Positions 37,534 through 46,987 of a stretch of 64,000 nt of DNA are shown here, one piece after another. Both the position numbers and the translations under genes were made by a program. Positions within the stretch are counted from its first letter, which is position 1. Every line of letters starts with the position of its first letter. Source of the DNA: Roseibacillus sp. (lineage in GTDB: Bacteria; Verrucomicrobiota; Verrucomicrobiia; Verrucomicrobiales; Akkermansiaceae); assembly GCA_051251855.1 (NCBI GenBank), contig JBPOGI010000002.1, forward strand, positions 128,001-192,000, written 5' to 3'. The notes beneath the pieces are model-generated. The model was not told the DNA's origin. It saw nothing but the letters and a program-made list of their open reading frames with translations, and did no database searches.

Positions 37534-39306
37534 TTAACGAATAACAATAGGGCCGGTGAGGAGGGCGGTGGATTCTTTCCAACTGAGGGAAGGGAGGCTG
37601 TCGATGAAGGGGCCTTCGTTAGCGAGGGCGATGAAGTGACCGGGGCGGTCGGTGACGAGTCCGAGGCGCTTTTTGCTACCGGTGTTGAGTTCGGTGAAGC
37701 GCTTGTTGAGCCATTGGTCGAAGTCGGCTTCGGGGCACGGGCTGAGTTGAGTTTTGCGCCCGCTGGCAAGAGGGCCCGAGCTTTGCCAGATGCTGCCGCT
37801 ACTATCGAGGTAGTAGATTTTCTGGAGGGGGAAGTCAAAGGTGGAGGTGATGGTGGGTGGGCCGTTGGGGGAGAGGAGTTCGAGGCGACCGCGGGTGGCT
37901 TGAATAGAGGTGGCTAGGTGGCCGTATTCGGAGCGGGACTTATACCAGTCGCCAGAAAGCTCGTGGGTGTTCTTGTCGCCAAAGCCGATGCGGTAGCGCG
38001 ATTCTCCGCCGTTATTGCGGGGGGTGATTCGGGCCCAACGGGATTCGTCGAGGACGACGGGAGAGATGACTTCGTTGGCTTTGGTTTTGAAGGAAGTTTT
38101 GAGGAGGACGCCGGTGCGGGCGATTTGTTGCTGATGAATGTAGGCCGTGTTCTCTTCGGGTTGGATTTCGATAAGGGCGAGGCGGTGGCCTTTTCCTCCG
38201 AAGCCGTCTTGGAAGACGATGATGAGTAGGAGAAGGGCGGAGGCGGTGAGGGAGATGATGGGGGTGGTGATGAAGAGGCGGTGGCGTTGGCCGGATTTGG
38301 CAAAGACGAACAAGTTTACAGGACCTACGATGATGCCGAAGGCGATGAGGATGAGGATGAAGAATACGGGGTTGAAGGAGCGTTCGCCGAAGGTGTATTG
38401 GAGGGGCCAGCTAGAAACGAGTTCTTTGCCGAAGACGGATGCGCGGGAGGGGGTTTCCCCTTTTTGAACGAGAGTGACGGTGCTGGGGGCGTCGAGGAGT
38501 GAGGAGGCGGGGAGGGGGAGGAGTTCGACCGTTCCCCAGCTTCGAAGGAGGTAGTCGGGTGATTCGGGTTTGTCTTGGAAGCCAAGGGAGGGCAGGGAGA
38601 CGGAGGGATTGGCCCCATAGATGATGAGGCGACCGCCGAGACGATTCCATTTCAGGAGGGCGGTTTTGGTACCGGGAGTGAGCGTTTTCCAGTCGGCGCT
38701 GGTGAGCATGAGAATGTCGAAGCCGACGAAGGCGCGCCAGTCTTCACTGAGATTGGTGGGGAGGAAACTGCCGGCAAAGTCGATGTTACCATAGCGTGAG
38801 CCTCCGGTGGCAGCGGAGTCGAGGGTGCCGGAGTTGGGTGTGTCGAGCGCTTCGCTCATGAGGATGCACGGCCAGTCGTGGGAGTGGTCGTTTTGCATCT
38901 CGCCATTGCCTCGGAGGACGGGTGGGGTGCCGGAGATGCGAAGCTCAAGTACAAGAGGGCTGTCGGATTGGACGGCGGTGACAAGGGGGACGAGGAATTC
39001 GACATTCTTCTGCTTCTTCGCCGAACAAGTGAGAGTGAAAGAGGAAGTGAGGTTGTTGCTCTGGTCGTAGGAGTGGTCTTTGGAGGTGAAGTCGAATGTC
39101 CAAGTGACAGGGATTTTTTCGCCATTGATGGCGTTGACTTTGACCGCGATAAATCCCGAAGAAGGGAGGGTGCTGCTCATCGGGGTGACGGTAAGAGCGG
39201 TGCCTGTCTTGGGATTGTAGGTATTCCCGTAGAGCTTTTCTTGAGCAAGTAACGATTGCCCTAGTAGCCAGCTGAAGAGGAGGGTGAGGACCAGACGAAG
39301 GTTCAT
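37534..39306 (-). CDS. Hypothetical exported/membrane protein
   Basis: Signal peptide, central TM hairpin (IVGPVN...TTPIIS); directly downstream of MoxR. Confidence 0.75.
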   Translation of the reverse strand: MNLRLVLTLLFSWLLGQSLLAQEKLYGNTYNPKTGTALTVTPMSSTLPSSGFIAVKVNAINGEKIPVTWTFDFTSKDHSYDQSNNLTSSFTLTCSAKKQKNVEFLVPLVTAVQSDSPLVLELRISGTPPVLRGNGEMQNDHSHDWPCILMSEALDTPNSGTLDSAATGGSRYGNIDFAGSFLPTNLSEDWRAFVGFDILMLTSADWKTLTPGTKTALLKWNRLGGRLIIYGANPSVSLPSLGFQDKPESPDYLLRSWGTVELLPLPASSLLDAPSTVTLVQKGETPSRASVFGKELVSSWPLQYTFGERSFNPVFFILILIAFGIIVGPVNLFVFAKSGQRHRLFITTPIISLTASALLLLIIVFQDGFGGKGHRLALIEIQPEENTAYIHQQQIARTGVLLKTSFKTKANEVISPVVLDESRWARITPRNNGGESRYRIGFGDKNTHELSGDWYKSRSEYGHLATSIQATRGRLELLSPNGPPTITSTFDFPLQKIYYLDSSGSIWQSSGPLASGRKTQLSPCPEADFDQWLNKRFTELNTGSKKRLGLVTDRPGHFIALANEGPFIDSLPSLSWKESTALLTGPIVIR

Positions 39307-39313
39307 GATGTCG

Positions 39314-40321
39314 TTAGTTGCTTTGGAGAGTCTTGGGCAAGGCGTCGGCTTGAGTGGGGACTTCGGCGAGAATACTTTGAACGAGGTCATTGTTGGTGAG
39401 GCCTTCAACGCGTGCGTTGTATTCGAGCTGAATACGGTGGCGAAGTACGGAGGGAGCGATGAAGCGGACGTCTTCGAATGAGGCGTGGGTGCGCTCGTTG
39501 AGCAGGGCGCGGGCGCGGGCTCCGGAGGCGAGGGAAAGGGCAGCACGGGGAGAGGCTCCGTATTTGATGTTAGTGGCTGCCTCGGACTGTCCGGGGTGGG
39601 TGGCGTCGACGAGGCGGGCGATATAGTTGGCGACGACGTCGGGGAGATAGATGCGACGGACGAGGGCGAGGGTTTCCTCGAGGGCGGCGGCGTCGAGAAT
39701 GGGGTGGACGTCGGGCTCTTGGCCGAGGTCGCGAGCGGTGATGATTCTCTGCAAGGTGTCGACGTCATTGCGGGTGACTTCGAGTTTGAAGAGGAAGCGG
39801 TCAAGCTGGGCTTCAGGGAGGGGGTAGGTGCCTTCCAGTTCGATGGGGTTCTGGGTGGCGAGGACGAAAAAGGGGGCGGGCAGGTCGTGTGTTTTTCCAA
39901 GGACAGTCACGCGGCGTTCCTGCATGGCCTCGAGGAGGGCGGATTGCGTCTTGGGGGAGGCGCGGTTGATTTCGTCGGCGAGACAGAGGTTGGTGAAGAT
40001 GGGGCCTTCTTGGAAAACGAACTCGCGACGGCCGTCGACTTCTTGCAGCACGGGATTGCCGGTGATGTCGCCGGGGAGAAGGTCGGGGGTGAACTGGACG
40101 CGCTTAGTATCGAGGGAGAGGAGCTTGGAAAGGGTTTTGACCAGTTCGGTTTTTCCCAGACCAGGAAGACCTTCCAGTAAGATGTGACCACGGGCGAGCA
40201 GGCCGGTGACCACGAGTTCGACGAGTTCTTCTTGGCCAAAGATGACGTTGTTGAGTCCCGTGGTGAGGGAGCGAACGTGCTTGCTGGCGCTGGCAATTTC
40301 GGATTCGGAAGCGTGATCCAT
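39314..40321 (-). CDS. MoxR family AAA+ ATPase
   Basis: GLPGLGKT, RVQFTPDLLPGD, DEINRA, ATQNPIE, AQLDRF. Confidence 0.93.
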   Translation of the reverse strand: MDHASESEIASASKHVRSLTTGLNNVIFGQEELVELVVTGLLARGHILLEGLPGLGKTELVKTLSKLLSLDTKRVQFTPDLLPGDITGNPVLQEVDGRREFVFQEGPIFTNLCLADEINRASPKTQSALLEAMQERRVTVLGKTHDLPAPFFVLATQNPIELEGTYPLPEAQLDRFLFKLEVTRNDVDTLQRIITARDLGQEPDVHPILDAAALEETLALVRRIYLPDVVANYIARLVDATHPGQSEAATNIKYGASPRAALSLASGARARALLNERTHASFEDVRFIAPSVLRHRIQLEYNARVEGLTNNDLVQSILAEVPTQADALPKTLQSN

Positions 40322-40494
40322 TGCGAAGAGCATGCGAGTTCTGGTCTCGCAGGTCAATGTCGGCTTGGGAATCTTGGTGGGAAATCGAGAGGGCAGTATC
40401 AGGCTTTGCCGGTTACTTTGACATTGAGGCGGGAGCTTCGTGCTCCTTTGGCTTGGCCTCAGGGGGAAGATGTGCCATTGAGCGGGGAGTAAAT

Positions 40495-41175
40495 ATGACT
40501 TTCTACTGGGCAGCCTCTGTAATTGAAGCAACGAAGCAGGTGGCGGATTTTTTATTGAATGGTGGTCCCTTCATGGTGGCCATCGTTTTGTGCTCGGTGG
40601 TGGCGCTGGCGGTGACGGTGATGAAGTTGATGACTTTGCGAAAGGATCGCATCATTCCTGATAAGTTGACGGGAGACGTGGAGCGCTTTGATGAGTATTT
40701 GGAAAATGATAATCTCGGCGAGCTGGAGAAAGAGTTTCGGTCGGGAAATAGTGTTCTCTCGCGTCTTTGTACGGTGGCGATTCGCAATGCGGGGCGAAGT
40801 CAGATTGAGGTCCAAGAAGCGGTGCAATCGAGTGCGCGGGAAGAGATTGTGAAGCTGAATGGTGGACTGCCGGTGTTGGAAGTGGTGATTACGATTGCGC
40901 CTTTGCTGGGGCTCTTGGGAACGGCGAGTGGCTTGACGATTGTATTCCGAGATTTTGGTGCGGATGCGGATTATTCGCAGTTGTCCAAGGGGATTGCAAT
41001 GGCGCTAAGCACGACCATCGCTGGACTCGCGGTGGCGGTTCCTTCAGTCATTGCGCATAGTTATTTTGCGCGGCAAATCGAGACGATGGCGGCTCGCTTG
41101 GAGGTGGTGTTGAGCAAGGTGGTGTCGGCTTGCCATCAGCATGTCTTTTTCAAACGTTCGGGAGGGCAGGGGTAG
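40495..41175 (+). CDS. MotA/TolQ/ExbB proton channel protein
   Basis: APLLGLLGT, GIAMALSTT.AGL.VA.P. Confidence 0.9.
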   Translation: MTFYWAASVIEATKQVADFLLNGGPFMVAIVLCSVVALAVTVMKLMTLRKDRIIPDKLTGDVERFDEYLENDNLGELEKEFRSGNSVLSRLCTVAIRNAGRSQIEVQEAVQSSAREEIVKLNGGLPVLEVVITIAPLLGLLGTASGLTIVFRDFGADADYSQLSKGIAMALSTTIAGLAVAVPSVIAHSYFARQIETMAARLEVVLSKVVSACHQHVFFKRSGGQG

Positions 41176-41601
41176 ATGGAGCTCTATCGTCCTAAGCGTA
41201 AGGCCTACAATGTGCCGATTGTCCCGCTGATCGATATTTTGGCGATTTTGCTAATTTTCGTGATTGTGACTTCGACGCGCAAAAAGACGCGACCGGTGGT
41301 TCCTATTGACTTACCGACGGTGAAGGAGGTTGCGACCACGGAGCTCAGTGTGGAGCGGTCGATTTTGGCCATCACGAAGGAGGGGGAGATTTTGTTAGAG
41401 GGCGTAGGAGTTCCCGATGGCGAGTTGGCAGATTATTTGAAGGCTTTCCAGACAGTGAATCCGGACCGGAAGTTGGAGTTGGAAGCCGATGAAGGCTCTT
41501 CCCTTGGACAGCTTTTCACGGTATGGGAAGCGCTGAGCGAGGTCGGGATTGAATTGAAGGAAGTGCCGGCTCGGATTCAAATGGCAACAGAAGGAAATTA
41601 A
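41176..41601 (+). CDS. ExbD/TolR family protein
   Basis: IVPLIDIL..LLIF, IDLP, LEAD. Confidence 0.88.
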   Translation: MELYRPKRKAYNVPIVPLIDILAILLIFVIVTSTRKKTRPVVPIDLPTVKEVATTELSVERSILAITKEGEILLEGVGVPDGELADYLKAFQTVNPDRKLELEADEGSSLGQLFTVWEALSEVGIELKEVPARIQMATEGN

Positions 41602-41603
41602 CG

Positions 41604-42155
41604 ATGGTTTTGGAGATCAAACAGTACGGCGATCCCGTGCTTCGCAAAAAGTGCCGCAAGGTGACCGAGGTGACGGATGAAATCCGCACCTTGAGTGAGA
41701 ATATGATTGAGACCATGATCGATGCTAATGGCGTGGGTTTAGCGGCTCCTCAGGTGGGAATTGATCTTCGGCTAGCGGTGGTGGATGTGGCGCATGATCC
41801 GGAGTCGATAACTTATCTGAAAGTCGATGGTAAGGTGACCCCGCTGGAGGAGGTGATGCCGCTGGTGTTTGTGAATCCTGAATTGGAGTTCGGTTCTGAG
41901 AAGGAAATGGGTCGGGAAGGGTGCCTCAGTATTCAAGGAATCCTGTCGGAAGTGAAGCGGCCGATAGATGTCATTGCTACTCTGGAGCTTCTCGATGGCA
42001 GTGTCATTAAACTGGAGACGGATGGTCTCTTGGCGAGGGCGATTCAGCACGAGACGGATCATCTCAATGGCGTGCTTTTTACGGACCGAGTGCCGCCAGC
42101 TACCAAGCTGTCCTTAAAGAGAAAGCTCAAGAAGCTTCAAGAAGAAGGTGGCTAG
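41604..42155 (+). CDS. def: Peptide deformylase
   Basis: GVGLAAPQ, EGCLS, QHETDHLNG. Confidence 0.95.
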   Translation: MVLEIKQYGDPVLRKKCRKVTEVTDEIRTLSENMIETMIDANGVGLAAPQVGIDLRLAVVDVAHDPESITYLKVDGKVTPLEEVMPLVFVNPELEFGSEKEMGREGCLSIQGILSEVKRPIDVIATLELLDGSVIKLETDGLLARAIQHETDHLNGVLFTDRVPPATKLSLKRKLKKLQEEGG

Positions 42156-42266
42156 GACAGCTGCCTCTTGCCGAGGTTTAGAAAAGGGTTGAGACACATT
42201 CCGCGAGGATAGCTCTTGGTGGCACGCTTTCCATGTGCTAGATACAAGCTTAATCCACTAATCAAG

Positions 42267-43244
42267 ATGTCTCAAGGAAACAGCATTTTCTCCAGCCCCA
42301 ATGGTTCCAATGGGGAAGCGCCCGCCAACCCTTTCGCTAGCCTCGCCGCTGGCACGCAGAAGGCTGCAGCGGCTAGTCCTTTCGCAGCAGTTACGCCTGC
42401 TGAGCCCGAGTCTCCCTTCGGTTTTGCGGCCGAGGAAGCTGCACCCGAGCGTCCTCAGGCAAAGTTGCCCGAAAAGCGCACCCAGACTCCGATGCCTCCG
42501 GCAGAGGATAATCCTTTTCTTTCTGCAGCTTCAGCTCCCCAAGCTGAGGCGGCACCAAGCGCGCCGGCTCCTGCCGCATCTCCTTTCACTTCTGAGAGTT
42601 CATTCGAGGCTCCAGCAAAGCCTGCTCCTGCGCCTCAACAAGAGAGCCAAGGGTTTGGGGCGGCGGAGAACCCGCTCTCTGCTCCTGCTCCAACTCCGGC
42701 AAGAGCTCCTGAGCCTGAGCTCGCACCAGTAAGGCTTGAGCAACCGGTGGCAGCTCCTGCTCCCGCACCTCAACCGGCCCAAGCCGCTCCGCAAAGCAGC
42801 CCAGAATTCGCTTCACAGGCTGCCCAAGCAGCTCCAGTTCAAGCGGCTCCAGCTCAAGCGGCTCCGGTTCAGCAGGTTGCGGCTCTTAGCCAAGCTCCAT
42901 CGGGTGGGCAGTCTACCCGCCAACTGGAACTCCGGGCGATCTTTGGTTCGGAGGGTGAAATGAGCCGTGATGAAATTTTGACGCGAGCAAAGGGTCTTCC
43001 TGGCATTCGGGAAGTAACTGTCGTTGGCCCAGGAGAGACCTCAGCAGTCCAGACGATTGGCGATGTCATGGCGCGCTTTGGCTTCGGAGGTACCGGTTCT
43101 TGGCAGATGACTTGCTCTGGAGGAGTGGTTGATTTTGTTTCTTCTGAGAATACCACTTTGGCGGTTCTGCGCGAAGGTCGTTACTCGGCGGGTGTCTGGG
43201 AAACTTTGATGATTGTCGCTCGGGAGCTTGGAAAGTTGTCCTAG
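42267..43244 (+). CDS. Pro/Ala-rich protein with C-terminal roadblock/LC7 (MglB-like) domain
   Basis: SPF/NPF repeats in a disordered N-terminus; C-terminal helix-LPGIREVTVV-helix-beta strands-helix pattern. Confidence 0.6.
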   Translation: MSQGNSIFSSPNGSNGEAPANPFASLAAGTQKAAAASPFAAVTPAEPESPFGFAAEEAAPERPQAKLPEKRTQTPMPPAEDNPFLSAASAPQAEAAPSAPAPAASPFTSESSFEAPAKPAPAPQQESQGFGAAENPLSAPAPTPARAPEPELAPVRLEQPVAAPAPAPQPAQAAPQSSPEFASQAAQAAPVQAAPAQAAPVQQVAALSQAPSGGQSTRQLELRAIFGSEGEMSRDEILTRAKGLPGIREVTVVGPGETSAVQTIGDVMARFGFGGTGSWQMTCSGGVVDFVSSENTTLAVLREGRYSAGVWETLMIVARELGKLS

Positions 43245-43261
43245 TTCTTTCTTACGAAACG

Positions 43262-43810
43262 ATGGCTCAGTCTCTCAAGTTTGTTATCTTGGGGACGACC
43301 ATGCTCGAAGTGAAAGAGTTGTTGGGACTGCTCGCTCAATCGATGAAGGGGTCTGAGATTTCTCATGGAGAGGTCGCTGGTTCACGAGTTTGTCGATTTT
43401 CGGGTGTGGAAAAATTGGAAAAAGGATTGGAACGAGAGTTCACGGTTTACGGTGCTTCGATGGAGTTCGACTTTCGCGGGGTGCTTAACCTGCTTGTTGG
43501 AAATGCGGATGGGCTGATTGGTTTGATACCGGCAGATCTGACACGTGTTGGTGAAAGCCGAAAGGTTCTCACCTCTCTTCATCGAGTGTTAGAAGCCTAT
43601 CGAGCAGAAGAGAAGGAGCTTCCGATCGCGATTCAATATCACTGGGCGCTCCAGCAAACGGGGTTGAGTCCAGAGGAACTTGACCAGAACTTGGGAGTCA
43701 ATCCTCAGGTTGTTGCAAGGGTCCTATCCCACGCCGGTGACGATAATATTCGAACGGGAATTCTTGCTCTTTTCGAAGGTCTTCAAAGGCTGAAGTCGTC
43801 GCCTAAGTAA
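43262..43810 (+). CDS. MglA-like small-GTPase-fold protein lacking GTP-binding motifs
   Basis: Colinear by eye with MglA (LKFVILG; LLVGNADGLI; LPIAIQY) but no GKT or NKxD. Confidence 0.55.
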   Translation: MAQSLKFVILGTTMLEVKELLGLLAQSMKGSEISHGEVAGSRVCRFSGVEKLEKGLEREFTVYGASMEFDFRGVLNLLVGNADGLIGLIPADLTRVGESRKVLTSLHRVLEAYRAEEKELPIAIQYHWALQQTGLSPEELDQNLGVNPQVVARVLSHAGDDNIRTGILALFEGLQRLKSSPK

Positions 43811-44541
43811 TACTTTCGGGCTTCTGGATCGTTGGCAATGGTCTCCGCCGATCCTTCTAGAATGACGCGGCCATCGACGAGTAGATAGGTGCGGTCGGTG
43901 ATGTGAAGTGTTTCGCGGACATTGTGGTCGGTTATCAGGAGCGCGAGTCCATCTTCGGCTCGCAGTTGGGTGATGATTTTTTGGATATCTGAAACCGCAC
44001 GTGGATCGACACCAGAGAAGGGCTCGTCGAGAAGAAGGATAGTGGGGTCTGTGCAAAGGGCGCGGGCGATAGTGAGGCGGCGCTTCTCGCCGCCGGAAAG
44101 GGTGATGGCAAGGGATTTGCGAATATTGGTGATGCCGAAGCGTTCCATGAGACCTTCCGCTTTCGCTTTGCGATCTTTTCTGTTGATTCCTTTTTGGGCT
44201 TCTAGAACTGCGAGAAGGTTTTGTTCGACGGTGAGCTTGCGGAAGATTGATTCTTCCTGAGGTAGGTAGCCAAGACCTGAGCGTGCGCGTCTGTGAATGG
44301 CGTGTCGGGTCACGTCCTTCCCGTTGAGATGAACCTTGCCTTTGTCAGGAGGGACGAGGCCGGCGACCATGTAAAAGGTGGTCGTTTTTCCAGCTCCGTT
44401 TGGCCCAAGGAGACCAACTATCTCGCCTGGTTTTACATGGAGGGCAACGTTCTCAACGACCGGGCGCTTGCCGTAGCATTTACGCAGTCCGGTGACTTCG
44501 AGAATATGCTCGGAAGGTGCTTCTTTCTTCTTGGGTGCCAT
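43783..44541 (-). CDS. lptB: LPS export ABC transporter ATPase
   Basis: GPNGAGKTT, YLPQEESIF, LSGGE, LLDEPF, ITDHNVRE. Confidence 0.93.
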   Translation of the reverse strand: MAPKKKEAPSEHILEVTGLRKCYGKRPVVENVALHVKPGEIVGLLGPNGAGKTTTFYMVAGLVPPDKGKVHLNGKDVTRHAIHRRARSGLGYLPQEESIFRKLTVEQNLLAVLEAQKGINRKDRKAKAEGLMERFGITNIRKSLAITLSGGEKRRLTIARALCTDPTILLLDEPFSGVDPRAVSDIQKIITQLRAEDGLALLITDHNVRETLHITDRTYLLVDGRVILEGSAETIANDPEARKYYLGDDFSL

Positions 44542-44544
44542 TGC

Positions 44545-45837
44545 CTAGTTCTTCTTGAGGGGCAGATTCTTGGCTCCAAAGTTCCATGCGCCAGCCGAAG
44601 TGTGGGCGCTCATGGATTTCCCTGCGAGCTCGATTGTCACCGAAGCATTTTTGTCGGCAGCACGAAGATGCATTTCGCCTTTTCCTTTCTTAGTCCAGAA
44701 GGTGGGGTTGCCGTCTTTTAGGATGAGTACTTTGTCTTGGTCGTTATAGAAGGCGGTGGCTGCGGTGGCTTCCACTGGGTTCCCTTCTTTGTCGATTCCG
44801 CTGAAGTGGACTCCCCCTGTGGCGACGAGGTTTTTCACGTCGGTGATGTTGAGTTTGGCTCCTTGGTCCTTATCACCTTCCTTGTCGTTGTCCTTTTTAT
44901 CCTCTTCAGCCGCAGCATTGAAGAAGACTTTGATTTCTTCTTGGGCCTTTAAGGTGAAGCGTGCTTCCTTGACTACGACATTGCGCAGGAGGACGAGGAG
45001 GTTCTCGTTGCCATCGAAGAAGCAACCGCCGTCGCAGTGAATCGTGAACTCTGGGTCCTTCAAAGGGGGGTTGCCTCCGACGGCGGCGTTGGGGGCGGGA
45101 GGATTCTGGATGAGAAGATTGAGGGACTTGGACTCGACGTCTTCTGCGAATTGCATGAGTCGTTGATCGGCTAGCTTGGACTCCGCTTGGTTCTCGCTGG
45201 TTGTCTGCTCGATCTGTTGCTGGCTGGCTTGGATTTCTGAACGAGAGGATTTCGCCAAGCGCTCGACTTCGAGAAGGGCTTCTGCGCTGGGTGGTTTATG
45301 ACCGGAGTTAGCGACGAGCAAGCTTGTCGAGGCGAGAAGGGCGTGAAATGGGTGGAGCATGGTGGGATGGTGGGCTGTTTGTTTTGAGAAGATGTCGCAG
45401 TCGAGAGGGCCAAAGATAAAGCCGCGGCGACTATCGAGATGGAAGACGCCACCGTTTCCCGTGATATGGAAGCGAGGGCTGCGAGCGGTGATGGTTTCCT
45501 GCACGGTGAGGACGCCTGGGGTGATGCGGTAGCGGGCATGTTTCATGTCTACCGAGACGTCACCGTCCACCGCTTCGTAGGCCATACGCAGCTGGATGCC
45601 GGTGCAGTCAACCATGATGGGTTGCCGGCCTTCAACTGGCTTGCCATCCGCGAGAATCTCCATGAGGTCGGCTTTGAGATAGGCAACGCGATTCTGGTTC
45701 TCGTCATAGCGAGGGATGGTGACATCACTGAGGGTGCTATTGAGGGGCAGGACCTCGAGACTAGGGGACAGCTCAGAGGAGTAGAGCAGAGTTGCTCCGA
45801 GTGCTATTCCCAATGAAACTGACGTGCCGACGGTCAA
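44545..45837 (-). CDS. LptC/LptA-like beta-jellyroll protein
   Basis: Lies between kdsA and lptB; two beta-rich modules (ATGGV, A.A.Y....L.L..GNP). Confidence 0.6.
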   Translation of the reverse strand: MTVGTSVSLGIALGATLLYSSELSPSLEVLPLNSTLSDVTIPRYDENQNRVAYLKADLMEILADGKPVEGRQPIMVDCTGIQLRMAYEAVDGDVSVDMKHARYRITPGVLTVQETITARSPRFHITGNGGVFHLDSRRGFIFGPLDCDIFSKQTAHHPTMLHPFHALLASTSLLVANSGHKPPSAEALLEVERLAKSSRSEIQASQQQIEQTTSENQAESKLADQRLMQFAEDVESKSLNLLIQNPPAPNAAVGGNPPLKDPEFTIHCDGGCFFDGNENLLVLLRNVVVKEARFTLKAQEEIKVFFNAAAEEDKKDNDKEGDKDQGAKLNITDVKNLVATGGVHFSGIDKEGNPVEATAATAFYNDQDKVLILKDGNPTFWTKKGKGEMHLRAADKNASVTIELAGKSMSAHTSAGAWNFGAKNLPLKKN

Positions 45838-46649
45838 ATCTTAAGCGCATTTTGAATGGCGAGAAGAGAAGTTAGCACGGTTTCGAGCTGGGCCAAGGGG
45901 ACTTGGTTGGGGCCATCAGAAAAGGCATTCGGTGGGTCGGCGTGCGTTTCCATGAAGACGCCATCGACTCCGGTAGCGACTGCGGCGCGAGCAAGGACGG
46001 GGGCGAGCTCTCCGTCACCTCCGGTGGTTTTTCCATCGCCTCCCGGACGCTGTACCGAGTGGGTGGCGTCGAAGATGACTGGGACGCCTTCCTGACGCAT
46101 CCAGTAGAGGGAGCGCATGTCGGTGACGAGGTTGTTGTAGCCAAAGGTGGTGCCGCGCTCGGTGAGGGTGAATTTCTCGCAACCGAAGTGGCGCATCTTT
46201 TGCACGATGTTCTTACAATCCCATGGAGCTAAGAACTGGCCTTTCTTAATGTTGACGCCGCGACCGGTTTTGGCGGCGGCTTCGAGGAGATCAGTCTGGC
46301 GGCAGAGGAAGGCAGGGATTTGTAGGAAGTCGACGTGCTCGGCTGCGATTTCGGCATCCTGAGGAGTGTGCACGTCTGTGGTGACAGGCACGCCCAGTTC
46401 TTTACCGATGGCACCGAGAAGGGCGCAACCTTCTTTGGGGCCGGGGCCGCGATAGGAGTCGGCAGCGGTGCGGTTGGCCTTGTCGTAGGAGGCTTTAAAA
46501 AAGAAGGGAATCCCGAGGCGGTCGGCGATGACTTTGATGTCCCGCGCCATTTGCCAGGTGAATTCTTCCGATTCGATGGCGCAGGGGCCAAGAATGAAGA
46601 AGAGGTCGTCTCCTCCGAGGGTGATGTTTTGGATGTTAAATGTATTCAT
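45834..46649 (-). CDS. kdsA: KDO-8-phosphate synthase
   Basis: GPCAIES, KASYDKANRT, QIPAFLCRQT, KKGQF, DATHSVQ, SDG. Confidence 0.95.
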   Translation of the reverse strand: MNTFNIQNITLGGDDLFFILGPCAIESEEFTWQMARDIKVIADRLGIPFFFKASYDKANRTAADSYRGPGPKEGCALLGAIGKELGVPVTTDVHTPQDAEIAAEHVDFLQIPAFLCRQTDLLEAAAKTGRGVNIKKGQFLAPWDCKNIVQKMRHFGCEKFTLTERGTTFGYNNLVTDMRSLYWMRQEGVPVIFDATHSVQRPGGDGKTTGGDGELAPVLARAAVATGVDGVFMETHADPPNAFSDGPNQVPLAQLETVLTSLLAIQNALKI

Positions 46650-46927
46650 TCTTCTTCGTCGTTTCCGAGTTCGCCTTTTTCTGCTGCTGCCAACAAGTTT
46701 TCGATATTGGAGACGGCCTTATCGAGGAAGGCTCGTTCCTCGTCAACGAGGTTGCCCTTGGTCTTTTCTTGCAGCATTTCCAAGGAATCGAGCACGCTCT
46801 GAGCAGCGCGAATGTTGATGGCAGTTTGACCGGTGGCGGGATTAGGAATTTTCCCCAGAAAGAGGCCCGCATTCTGTGCTTGGAAGAGCACAAAATCCAT
46901 AAATCGTTTGTCGAGAGTTTCAGACAT
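46646..46927 (-). CDS. DUF1844-like protein
   Basis: LGKIPNP.TG, A...D.L.ML.EKTKGNL..EE. Confidence 0.75.
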   Translation of the reverse strand: MSETLDKRFMDFVLFQAQNAGLFLGKIPNPATGQTAINIRAAQSVLDSLEMLQEKTKGNLVDEERAFLDKAVSNIENLLAAAEKGELGNDEEE

Positions 46928-46987
46928 TCTTGAGAGAAACGATGGCCGCTCCTCTATGCGCTGTCGAGTCGTGATTGTCTTTCCGAT

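Noticed and set aside
37534..39900. 788-aa ORF overlapping MoxR
   Set aside because: The Ser/Pro-rich N-terminal 198 aa is an off-frame read of MoxR; the real start is likely 39306.
42220..42240. Sigma-54 promoter (TGGCACG)
   Set aside because: The -12 GC is absent at the required spacing.
43783..43810. Convergent 3' gene overlaps (also 53858-53868)
   Set aside because: Short tail-to-tail overlaps are common in compact genomes.
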